This document shows, in pieces, positions 50,626 through 63,080 of a DNA stretch of 64,000 nt. The notes beneath the pieces are model-generated. The model saw nothing but the letters and a program-made list of their open reading frames with translations. It did no database searches and was not told the DNA's origin. Each line of letters begins with the position of its first letter. Positions within the stretch are counted from its first letter, which is position 1. The DNA is from Eledone cirrhosa (lineage: Eukaryota). Location of the stretch: positions 1 to 64,000 of the forward strand of contig CAXHJY010000392.1 of NCBI GenBank assembly GCA_964016885.1, written 5' to 3'. The position numbers and the translations under genes were made by a program.

Positions 50626-53600
50626 TCGTTCTTCACCAAGCTATCTTTCTCTACCTTGTCTTCCCCCAAAACTTCGTTCTTCACCAAGTCATCTTTCTCT
50701 ACCTTGTCTTCCCTCAAAACTTCGTTCTTCACCAAGCTATCTTTCTCTACCTTGTCTTCCCCTAAAACTTCGTTCTTCACCAAGCTATCTTTCTCTACCT
50801 TATCTTCCCCCAAAACTTCGTTCTTCACCAAGCTATCTTTCTCTACCTTGTCTTCCCCCAAAACTTCGTTCTTCACCAAGCTATCTTTCTCTACCTTGTC
50901 TTCCCTCAAAACGTCGTTCTTCACCAAGCTATCTATCTCTACCTTGTCTTCCCCCAAAACTTCGTTCTTCACCAAGCTATCTTTCTCTACCTCGTCTTCC
51001 CTCAAAACTTCGTTCTTCACCAAGCTATCTTTCTCTACCTTGTCTTCCCACAAAACGTCATTCTTCACCAAGCTATCTTTCTCTAACTTGTCTTCCCTCA
51101 AAACGTCGTTCTTCACCAAGCTATCTTTCTCTACCTTGTCTTCCCCCAAAACTTCGTTCTTCACCAAGCTATCTTTCTCTACCTTGTCTTCCCCCAAAAC
51201 TTCGTTCTTCGCAAGCTATCTTTCTCTACCTTGTCTTCCCCCAAAACTTCGTTCTTCAGCAAGCTATCTTTCTCTACCTTGTCTTCCCCTAAAACTTCGT
51301 TCTTCACCAAGTTATCTTTCTCTACCTCGTCTTCCCACAAAACGTCGTTCTTCACCAAGCTATCTTTCTCTACCTTGTCTTCCCTCAAAACGTCGTTCTT
51401 CACCAAGCTATCTTTCTCTACCTTGTCTTCCCTCAAAACATCGTTCTTCACCAAGCTATCTTTCTCTACCTTGTCTTCCCCCAAAACTTCGTTCTTCACC
51501 AAGCTATCTTTCTCTAGCTTGTCTTCACACAAAACTTCGTTCTTCACCAAGCTATCTTTCTCTACCTTGTCTTCCCACAAAACGTCATTCTTCACCAAGC
51601 TATCTTTCTCTACCTTGTCTTCCGTCGAAACTTCGTTCTTCACCAAGATATCTTTCTCTACCTTGTTTTCTCCCAAAACTTCGTTCTTCACCAAGCTATC
51701 TTTCTCTAGCTTGTCTTCACACAAAACTTCGTTCTTCACCAAGCTATCTTTCTCTACCTTGTCTTCCCACAAAACGTCATTCTTCACCAAGCTATCTTTC
51801 TCAACCTTGTCTTCCGTCGAAACTTCGTTCTTCACCAAGATATCTTTATCTACCTTGTTTTCTCCCAAAACTTCGTTCTTCACCAAGCTATCTTTCTCTA
51901 CCTTGTCTTGCCTCAGAACTTCGTTCTTCAACAAGCTATCTTTCTCTACCTTGTCTTCCCTAAAAACGTCGTTCTTCACCAAGCTATCTTTCTCTACCTT
52001 GTCTTCCCTCAAAACATCGTTCTTCACCAAGCTATCTTTCTCTACCTTGTCTTCACACAAAACTTCGTTCTTCACCAAGCTATCTTTCTCTACCTTGTCT
52101 TCCCACAAAACGTCATTCTTCACCAAGCTATCTTTCTCTACCTTGTCTTCCGTCAAAACTTCGTTCTTCACCAAGATATCTTTCTCTACCTTGTCTTCTC
52201 CCAAAACTTCGTTCTTCACCAAGCTATCTTTCTCTACCTTGTCTTCCCTCAGAAATTCGTTCTTCACCAAGCTATCTTTCTCTACCTTGTCTTCCCCCAA
52301 AACTTCGTTCTTCACCAAGTCATCTTTCTCTACCTTGTCTTCCCTCAAAACTTCGTTCTTCACCAAGCTATCTTTCTCTACCTTGTCTTACCCTAAAACT
52401 TCGTTCTTCACCAAGCTATCTTTCTCTACCTTATCTTCCCCCAAAACTTCGTTCTTCACCAAGCTATCTTTCTCTACCTTGTCTTCCCCCAAAACTTCGT
52501 TCTTCACCAAGCTATCTTTCTCTACCTTGTCTTCCCTCAAAACGTCGTTCTTCACCAAGCTATCTATCTCTACCTTGTCTTCCCCCAAAACTTCGTTCTT
52601 CACCAAGCTATCTTTCTCTACCTCGTCTTCCCTCAAAACTTCGTTCTTCACCAAGCTATCTTTCTCTACCTTGTCTTCCCACAAAACGTCATTCTTCACC
52701 AAGCTATCTTTCTCTAACTTGTCTTCCCTCAAAACGTCGTTCTTCACCAAGCTATCTTTCTCTACCTTGTCTTCCCCCAAAACTTCGTTCTTCACCAAGC
52801 TATCTTTCTCTACCTTGTCTTCCCCCAAAACTTCGTTCTTCGCAAGCTATCTTTCTCTACCTTGTCTTCCCCCAAAACTTCGTTCTTCAGCAAGCTATCT
52901 TTCTCTACCTTGTCTTCCCCTAAAACTTCGTTCTTCACCAAGTTATCTTTCTCTACCTCGTCTTCCCACAAAACGTCGTTCTTCACCAAGCTATCTTTCT
53001 CTACCTTGTCTTCCCTCAAAACGTCGTTCTTCACCAAGCTATCTTTCTCTACCTTGTCTTCCCTCAAAACATCGTTCTTCACCAAGCTATCTTTCTCTAC
53101 CTTGTCTTCCCCCAAAACTTCGTTCTTCACCAAGCTATCTTTCTCTAGCTTGTCTTCACACAAAACTTCGTTCTTCACCAAGCTATCTTTCTCTACCTTG
53201 TCTTCCCACAAAACGTCATTCTTCACCAAGCTATCTTTCTCTACCTTGTCTTCCGTCGAAACTTCGTTCTTCACCAAGATATCTTTCTCTACCTTGTTTT
53301 CTCCCAAAACTTCGTTCTTCACCAAGCTATCTTTCTCTAGCTTGTCTTCACACAAAACTTCGTTCTTCACCAAGCTATCTTTCTCTACCTTGTCTTCCCA
53401 CAAAACGTCATTCTTCACCAAGCTATCTTTCTCAACCTTGTCTTCCGTCGAAACTTCGTTCTTCACCAAGATATCTTTATCTACCTTGTTTTCTCCCAAA
53501 ACTTCGTTCTTCACCAAGCTATCTTTCTCTACCTTGTCTTGCCTCAGAACTTCGTTCTTCAACAAGCTATCTTTCTCTACCTTGTCTTCCCTAAAAACGT

Positions 53601-53934
53601 CGTTCTTCACCAAGCTATCTTTCTCTACCTTGTCTTCCCTCAAAACATCGTTCTTCACCAAGCTATCTTTCTCTACCTTGTCTTCACACAAAACTTCGTT
53701 CTTCACCAAGCTATCTTTCTCTACCTTGTCTTCCCACAAAACGTCATTCTTCACCAAGCTATCTTTCTCTACCTTGTCTTCCGTCAAAACTTCGTTCTTC
53801 ACCAAGATATCTTTCTCTACCTTGTCTTCTCCCAAAACTTCGTTCTTCACCAAGCTATCTTTCTCTACCTTGTCTTCCCTCAGAAATTCGTTCTTCACCA
53901 AGCTATCTTTCTCTACCTTGTCTTCCCCCAAAAC
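50626..53934. repeat. Tandem duplication, period 1631 bp (34-mer)
   Basis: CGCAAG at 51210/52841, AAGTCATC at 50686/52317, and shared ATCTATCTC and AAGTTATC variants. Confidence 0.9.
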
Positions 53935-54749
53935 GTCGTTCTTCACCAAGCTATCTTTCTCTACATTGTCTTCCCCAAAACTTCGTTCTTCACCAAGCTA
54001 TCTTTCTCTACCTTGTCTTTCATCAAAACGTCGTTCTTCACCAAGCTCTCTTTCTCTACCTTGTCTTCCCCCAAAACTTCTTTCTTCACCAAGCTATCTT
54101 TCTCTACCTTGAATTCCCCCAAAACTTCGTTCTTCACCAATCTATCTTTCTCTGCCTTGTCTTCCCCCAAAACTTCGTTCTTCACCAAGCTATCTTTCTC
54201 TACCTTGTCTTCACACAAAACTTCGTTCTTCACCAAGCTATCTTTCTCTACCTTGTCTTCCCACAAAACGTCATTCTTCACCAAGTTATCTTTCTCTACC
54301 TTGTCTTCCGTCAAAACTTCTTTCTTCACCAAGATATCTTTCTCTACCTTGTCTTCTCCCAAAACTTCGTTCTTCACCAAGCTATCTTTCTCTACCTTGT
54401 CTTCCCTCAGAACTTCGTTCTTCACCAAGCTATCTTTCTCTACCTTGTCTTCCCCGAAAACTTCGTTCTTCACCAAGCTATCTTTCTCTACATTGTCTTC
54501 CCCAAAACTTCGTTCTTCACCAAGCTATCTTTCTCTACCTTGTCTTTCATCAAAACGTCGTTCTTCACCAAGCTCTCTTTCTCTACCTTGTCTTCCCCCA
54601 AAACTTCGTTCTTCGCCAAGCTATCTTTCTCTACCTTGTCTTCCCCAAAAACTTCGTTCTTCACCAAGCTATCTTTCTCTACCTTGTCTTCCCACAAAAC
54701 GTCGTTCTTCACCAAGCTATCTTTCTCTACCTTGTCTTCCCTCAAAACG

Positions 54750-57700
54750 TCGTTCTTCACCAAGCTATCTTTCTCTACCTTGTCTTCTCTCAAAACATCG
54801 TTCTTCACCAAGCTATCTTTCTCTACCTTGTCTTCCCTCAAAACTTCGTTCTTCACCAAGCTATCTTTCTCTACCTTGTCTTCCCCCAAAACTTCGTTCT
54901 TCACCAAGCTATCTTTCTCTACCTTGTCTTCTCCCAAAACTTCGTTATTCACCAAGCTATCTTTCTCTACCTTGTCTTCCCTCAAAACTTCGTTCTTCAC
55001 CAAGCTATCTTTCTCTACCTTGTCTTCCCCCAAAACTTCGTTCTTCACCAAGTCATCTTTCTCTACCTTGTCATCCCTCAAAACTTTGTTCTTCACCAAT
55101 CTATCTTTCTCTACCTTGTCTTCCCCCAAAACTTCGTTCTTCACCAAGCTATCTTTCTCTACCTTGTCTTCCCCCAAAACTTCTTTCTTCACCAAGTCAT
55201 CTTTCTCTACCTTGTCATCCTTCAAAACTTCATTCTTCACCAATCTATCTTTCTCTGCCTTGTCTTCCCCCAAAACTTCGTTCTTCACCAAGCTATCTTT
55301 CTCTACCTTGTCTTCACACAAAACTTCGTTCTTCACCAAGCTATCTTTCTCTACCTTGTCTTCCCACAAAACGTCATTCTTCACCAAGCTATCTTTCTCT
55401 ACCTTGTCCTCCGTCAAAACTTCTTTCTTCACCAAGATATCTTTCTCTACCTTGTCTTCTCCCAAAACTTCGTTCTTCACCAAGCTATCTTTCTCTACCT
55501 TGTCTTCCCCGAAAACTTCGTTCTTCACCAAGCTATCTTTCTCTACATTGTCTTCCCCAAAACTTCGTTCTTCACAAAGCTATCTTTCTCTACCTTGTCT
55601 TTCATCAAAACGTCGTTCTTCACCAAGCTCTCTTTCTCTACCTTGTCTTCCCCCAAAACTTCGTTCTTCGCCAAGCTATCTTTCTCTACCTTGTCTTCCC
55701 CCAAAACTTCGTTCTTCACCAAGCTATCTTTCTCTACCTTGTCTTCCCACAAAACGTCGTTCTTCACCAAGCTATCTTTCTCTACCTTGTCTTCCCTCAA
55801 AACGTCGTTCTTCACCAAGCTATCTTTCTCTACCTTGTCTTCCCCCAAAACTTCGTTCTTCACCAAGCTATCTTTCTCTACCTTGTCTTCTCCCAAAACT
55901 TCGTTATTCACCAAGCTATCTTTCTCTACCTTGTCTTCCCTCAAAACTTCGTTCTTCACCAAGCTATCTTTCTCTACCTTGTCTTCCCCCAAAACTTCGT
56001 TCTTCACCAAGTCATCTTTCTCTACCTTGTCATCCCTCAACACTTTGTTCTTCACCAATCTATCTTTCTCTACCTTGTCTTCCCCCAAAACTTCGTTCTT
56101 CACCAAGCTATCTTTCTCTAGCTTGTCTTCACACAAAACTTCGTTCTTCACCAAGCTATCTTTCTCTACCTTGTCTTCCCACAAAACGTCATTCTTCACC
56201 AAGCTATCTTTCTCTACCTTGTCTTCCGTCAGAACTTCGTTCTTCACCAAGATATCTTTCTCTACCTTGTCTTCTCCCAAAACTTCGTTCTTCACCAAGC
56301 TATCTTTCTCTACCTTGTCTTCCCTCAGAACTTCGTTCTTCACCAAGCTATCTTTCTCTACCTTGTCTTCCCCGAAAACTTCGTTCTTCACCAAGCTATC
56401 TTTCTCTACATTGTCTTCCCCAAAACTTCGTTCTTCACCAAGCTATCTTTCTCTACCTTGTCTTTCATCAAAACGTCGTTCTTCACCAAGCTCTCTTTCT
56501 CTACCTTGTCTTCCCCCAAAACTTCGTTCTTCGCCAAGCTATCTTTCTCTACCTTGTCTTCCCCCAAAACTTCGTTCTTCACCAAGCTATCTTTCTCTAC
56601 CTTGTCTTCCCACAAAACGTCGTTCTTCACCAAGCTATCTTTCTCTACCTTGTCGTCCCTCAAAACGTCGTTCTTCACCAAGCTATCTTTCTCTACCTTG
56701 TCTTCTCCCAAAACTTCGTTATTCACCAAGCTATCTTTCTCTACCTTGTCTTCCCTCAAAACTTCGTTCTTCACCAAGCTATCTTTCTCTACCTTGTCTT
56801 CCCCCAAAACTTCGTTCTTCACCAAGTCATCTTTCTCTACCTTGTCATCCCTCAAAACTTTGTTCTTCACCAATCTATCTTTCTCTACCTTGTCTTCCCC
56901 CAAAACTTCGTTCTTCACCAAGCTATCTTTCTCTAGCTTGTCTTCACACAAAACTTCGTTCTTCACCAAGCTATCTTTCTCTACCTTGTCTTCCCACAAA
57001 ACGTCATTCTTCACCAAGCTATCTTTCTCTACCTTGTCTTCCGTCAAAACTTCGTTCTTCACCAAGATATCTTTCTCTACCTTGTCTCCTCCCAAAACTT
57101 CGTTCTTCACCAAGCTATCTTTCTCTACCTTGTCTTCCCTCAGAACTTCGTTCTTCACCAAGCTATCTTTCTCTACCTTGTCTTCCCCCAAAACTTCGTT
57201 CTTCACCAAGCTATCTTTCTCTACATTGTCTTCCCCAAAACTTCGTTCTTCACCAAGCTATTTTTCACGACCTTGTCTTCCCTCAAAACGTCGTTCTTCA
57301 CCAAGCTATCTTTCTCTACCTCGTCTTCCCCCAAACTTCGTTCTTCACCAAGCTATCTTTCCCTACCTTGTCTTCCCCCAAAACTTCGTTCTTCACCAAG
57401 CTATCTTTCTCTACCTCGTCTTCCCTCAAAACTTTGTTCTTCACCAAGCTATCTTTCTCTACCTTGTCTTCCCCCAAAACTTCGTTCTTCACCAAGCTAT
57501 CTTTCTCTACCTTGTCTTCCCCCAAAACTTCGTTCTTCACCAAGCTATCTTTCTCTACCTTGTCTTCCCTCAAAACGTCGTTCTTCACCAAGCTATCGTT
57601 CTCTACCTTGTCTTCCCCCAACACTTCGTTCTTCACCAAGCTATCTTTCTCTACCTTGTCTTCCCCCAAAACGTCGTTCTTCACCAAGCTATCTTTCTCT

Positions 57701-60700
57701 ACCTCGTCTTCCCTCAAAACTTCGTTCTTCACCAAGCTATCTTTCTCTACCTTGTCTTCCCCCAAAACTTCGTTCTTCACCAAGTCATCTTTCTCTACCT
57801 TGTCTTCCCTCAAAACTTCGTTCTTCACCAAGATATCTTTCTCTACCTTGTCTTCCCCTAAAACTTCGTTCTTCACCAAGCTATCTTTCTCTACCTTGTC
57901 TTCCCCCAAAACTTCGTTCTTCACCAAGCTATCTTTCTCTACCTTGTCTTCCCCCAAAACTTCGTTCTTCACCAAGCTATCTTTCTCTACCTTGTCTTCC
58001 CTCAAAACGTCGTTCTTCACCAAGCTATCTTTCTCTACCTTGTCTTCCCCCAAAACTTCGTTCTTCACCAAGCTATCTTTCTCTACCTCGTCTTCCCTCA
58101 AAACTTCGTTCTTCACCAAGCTATCTTTCTCTACCTTGTCTTCCCACAAAACGTCATTCTTCACCAAGCTATCTTTCTCTAACTTGTCTTCCCTCAAAAC
58201 GTCGTTCTTCACCAAGCAATCTTTCTCTACCTTGTCTTCCCCCAAAACTTCGTTCTTCACCAAGCTATCTTTCTCTACCTTGTCTTCCCCCAAAACTTCG
58301 TTCTTCACCAAGCTATCTTTCTCTACCTTGTCTTCCCCCAAAATTTCGTTCTTCAGCAAGCTATCTTTCTCTACCTTGTCTTCCCACAAAACGTCGTTCT
58401 TCACCAAGCTATCTTTCTCTACCTTGTCTTCCCTCAAAACGTCGTTCTTCACCAAGCTATATTTCTCTACCTTGTCTTCCCTCAAAACATCGTTCTTCAC
58501 CAAGCTATCTTTCTCTACCTTGTCTTCTCCCAAAACTTCGTTATTCACCAAGCTATCTTTCTCTACCTTGTCTTCCCTCAAAACTTCGTTCTTCACCAAG
58601 CTATCTTTCTCTACCTTGTCTTCTCTCAAAACATCGTTCTTCACCAAGCTATCTTTCTCTACCTTGTCTTCCCTCAAAACTTCGTTCTTCACCAAGCTAT
58701 CTTTCTCTACCTTGTCTTCCCCCAAAACTTCGTTCTTCACCAAGCTATCTTTCTCTACCTTGTCTTCTCCCAAAACTTCGTTATTCACCAAGCTATCTTT
58801 CTCTACCTTGTCTTCCCTCAAAACTTCGTTCTTCACCAAGCTATCTTTCTCTACCTTGTCTTCCCCCAAAACTTCGTTCTTCACCAAGTCATCTTTCTCT
58901 ACCTTGTCATCCCTCAAAACTTTGTTCTTCACCAATCTATCTTTCTCTACCTTGTCTTCCCCCAAAACTTCGTTCTTCACCAAGCTATCTTTCTCTACCT
59001 TGTCTTCCCCCAAAACTTCTTTCTTCACCAAGTCATCTTTCTCTACCTTGTCATCCTTCAAAACTTCATTCTTCACCAATCTATCTTTCTCTGCCTTGTC
59101 TTCCCCCAAAACTTCGTTCTTCACCAAGCTATCTTTCTCTACCTTGTCTTCACACAAAACTTCGTTCTTCACCAAGCTATCTTTCTCTACCTTGTCTTCC
59201 CACAAAACGTCATTCTTCACCAAGCTATCTTTCTCTACCTTGTCCTCCGTCAAAACTTCTTTCTTCACCAAGATATCTTTCTCTACCTTGTCTTCTCCCA
59301 AAACTTCGTTCTTCACCAAGCTATCTTTCTCTACCTTGTCTTCCCCGAAAACTTCGTTCTTCACCAAGCTATCTTTCTCTACATTGTCTTCCCCAAAACT
59401 TCGTTCTTCACAAAGCTATCTTTCTCTACCTTGTCTTTCATCAAAACGTCGTTCTTCACCAAGCTCTCTTTCTCTACCTTGTCTTCCCCCAAAACTTCGT
59501 TCTTCGCCAAGCTATCTTTCTCTACCTTGTCTTCCCCCAAAACTTCGTTCTTCACCAAGCTATCTTTCTCTACCTTGTCTTCCCACAAAACGTCGTTCTT
59601 CACCAAGCTATCTTTCTCTACCTTGTCTTCCCTCAAAACGTCGTTCTTCACCAAGCTATCTTTCTCTACCTTGTCTTCCCCCAAAACTTCGTTCTTCACC
59701 AAGCTATCTTTCTCTACCTTGTCTTCTCCCAAAACTTCGTTATTCACCAAGCTATCTTTCTCTACCTTGTCTTCCCTCAAAACTTCGTTCTTCACCAAGC
59801 TATCTTTCTCTACCTTGTCTTCCCCCAAAACTTCGTTCTTCACCAAGTCATCTTTCTCTACCTTGTCATCCCTCAACACTTTGTTCTTCACCAATCTATC
59901 TTTCTCTACCTTGTCTTCCCCCAAAACTTCGTTCTTCACCAAGCTATCTTTCTCTAGCTTGTCTTCACACAAAACTTCGTTCTTCACCAAGCTATCTTTC
60001 TCTACCTTGTCTTCCCACAAAACGTCATTCTTCACCAAGCTATCTTTCTCTACCTTGTCTTCCGTCAGAACTTCGTTCTTCACCAAGATATCTTTCTCTA
60101 CCTTGTCTTCTCCCAAAACTTCGTTCTTCACCAAGCTATCTTTCTCTACCTTGTCTTCCCTCAGAACTTCGTTCTTCACCAAGCTATCTTTCTCTACCTT
60201 GTCTTCCCCGAAAACTTCGTTCTTCACCAAGCTATCTTTCTCTACATTGTCTTCCCCAAAACTTCGTTCTTCACCAAGCTATCTTTCTCTACCTTGTCTT
60301 TCATCAAAACGTCGTTCTTCACCAAGCTCTCTTTCTCTACCTTGTCTTCCCCCAAAACTTCGTTCTTCGCCAAGCTATCTTTCTCTACCTTGTCTTCCCC
60401 CAAAACTTCGTTCTTCACCAAGCTATCTTTCTCTACCTTGTCTTCCCACAAAACGTCGTTCTTCACCAAGCTATCTTTCTCTACCTTGTCGTCCCTCAAA
60501 ACGTCGTTCTTCACCAAGCTATCTTTCTCTACCTTGTCTTCTCCCAAAACTTCGTTATTCACCAAGCTATCTTTCTCTACCTTGTCTTCCCTCAAAACTT
60601 CGTTCTTCACCAAGCTATCTTTCTCTACCTTGTCTTCCCCCAAAACTTCGTTCTTCACCAAGTCATCTTTCTCTACCTTGTCATCCCTCAAAACTTTGTT

Positions 60701-62459
60701 CTTCACCAATCTATCTTTCTCTACCTTGTCTTCCCCCAAAACTTCGTTCTTCACCAAGCTATCTTTCTCTAGCTTGTCTTCACACAAAACTTCGTTCTTC
60801 ACCAAGCTATCTTTCTCTACCTTGTCTTCCCACAAAACGTCATTCTTCACCAAGCTATCTTTCTCTACCTTGTCTTCCGTCAAAACTTCGTTCTTCACCA
60901 AGATATCTTTCTCTACCTTGTCTCCTCCCAAAACTTCGTTCTTCACCAAGCTATCTTTCTCTACCTTGTCTTCCCTCAGAACTTCGTTCTTCACCAAGCT
61001 ATCTTTCTCTACCTTGTCTTCCCCCAAAACTTCGTTCTTCACCAAGCTATCTTTCTCTACATTGTCTTCCCCAAAACTTCGTTCTTCACCAAGCTACTTT
61101 TCACGACCTTGTCTTCCCTCAAAACGTCGTTCTTCACCAAGCTATCTTTCTCTACCTCGTCTTCCCCCAAACTTCGTTCTTCACCAAGCTATCTTTCCCT
61201 ACCTTGTCTTCCCCCAAAACTTCGTTCTTCACCAAGCTATCTTTCTCTACCTCGTCTTCCCTCAAAACTTTGTTCTTCACCAAGCTATCTTTCTCTACCT
61301 TGTCTTCCCCCAAAACTTCGTTCTTCACCAAGCTATCTTTCTCTACCTTGTCTTCCCCCAAAACTTCGTTCTTCACCAAGCTATCTTTCTCTACCTTGTC
61401 TTCCCTCAAAACGTCGTTCTTCACCAAGCTATCGTTCTCTACCTTGTCTTCCCCCAACACTTCGTTCTTCACCAAGCTATCTTTCTCTACCTTGTCTTCC
61501 CCCAAAACGTCGTTCTTCACCAAGCTATCTTTCTCTACCTCGTCTTCCCTCAAAACTTCGTTCTTCACCAAGCTATCTTTCTCTACCTTGTCTTCCCCCA
61601 AAACTTCGTTCTTCACCAAGTCATCTTTCTCTACCTTGTCTTCCCTCAAAACTTCGTTCTTCACCAAGATATCTTTCTCTACCTTGTCTTCCCCTAAAAC
61701 TTCGTTCTTCACCAAGCTATCTTTCTCTACCTTGTCTTCCCCCAAAACTTCGTTCTTCACCAAGCTATCTTTCTCTACCTTGTCTTCCCCCAAAACTTCG
61801 TTCTTCACCAAGCTATCTTTCTCTACCTTGTCTTCCCTCAAAACGTCGTTCTTCACCAAGCTATCTTTCTCTACCTTGTCTTCCCCCAAAACTTCGTTCT
61901 TCACCAAGCTATCTTTCTCTACCTCGTCTTCCCTCAAAACTTCGTTCTTCACCAAGCTATCTTTCTCTACCTTGTCTTCCCACAAAACGTCATTCTTCAC
62001 CAAGCTATCTTTCTCTAACTTGTCTTCCCTCAAAACGTCGTTCTTCACCAAGCAATCTTTCTCTACCTTGTCTTCCCCCAAAACTTCGTTCTTCACCAAG
62101 CTATCTTTCTCTACCTTGTCTTCCCCCAAAACTTCGTTCTTCACCAAGCTATCTTTCTCTACCTTGTCTTCCCCCAAAATTTCGTTCTTCAGCAAGCTAT
62201 CTTTCTCTACCTTGTCTTCCCACAAAACGTCGTTCTTCACCAAGCTATGTTTCTCTACCTTGTCTTCCCTCAAAACGTCGTTCTTCACCAAGCTATATTT
62301 CTCTACCTTGTCTTCCCTCAAAACATCGTTCTTCACCAAGCTATCTTTCTCTACCTTGTCTTCTCCCAAAACTTCGTTATTCACCAAGCTATCTTTCTCT
62401 ACCTTGTCTTCCCTCAAAACTTCGTTCTTCACCAAGCTATCTTTCTCTACCTTGTCTTC
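54750..62459. repeat. Near-perfect tandem duplication, period 3836 bp (80-mer)
   Basis: ORF pairs 55543/59379, 56406/60242, 56458/60294 and 57316/61152 are all offset by 3836. Shared rare variants include CAACACTTTG, ATCGTTCTC and AAGCAATC. Confidence 0.92.
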
Positions 62460-63080
62460 CCCCAAAACTTCGTTCTTCACCAAGCTATCTTTCTCTACCT
62501 TGTCTTCCCCCAAAACTTCGTTCTTCACCAAGCTATCTTTCTCTAGCTTGTCTTCACACAAAACTTCGTTCTTCACCAAGCTATCTTTCTCTACCTTGTC
62601 TTCCCACAAAACGTCATTCTTCACCAAGCTATCTTTCTCTACCTTGTCTTCCCACAAAACGTCGTTCTTCACCAAGCTATGTTTCTCTACCTTGTCTTCC
62701 CTCAAAACGTCGTTCTTCACCAAGCTATATTTCTCTACCTTGTCTTCCCTCAAAACATCGTTCTTCACCAAGCTATCTTTCTCTACCTTGTCTTCTCCCA
62801 AAACTTCGTTATTCACCAAGCTATCTTTCTCTACCTTGTCTTCCCTCAAAACTTCGTTCTTCACCAAGCTATCTTTCTCTACCTTGTCTTCCCCCAAAAC
62901 TTCGTTCTTCACCAAGCTATCTTTCTCTACCTTGTCTTCCCCCAAAACTTCGTTCTTCACCAAGCTATCTTTCTCTAGCTTGTCTTCACACAAAACTTCG
63001 TTCTTCACCAAGCTATCTTTCTCTACCTTGTCTTCCCACAAAACGTCATTCTTCACCAAGCTATCTTTCTCTACCTTGTC
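62200..63080. repeat. Tandem duplication, period 432 bp (9-mer)
   Basis: The private variant GCTATGTTTC creates identical 99-aa ORFs at 62247 and 62679. Confidence 0.9.
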
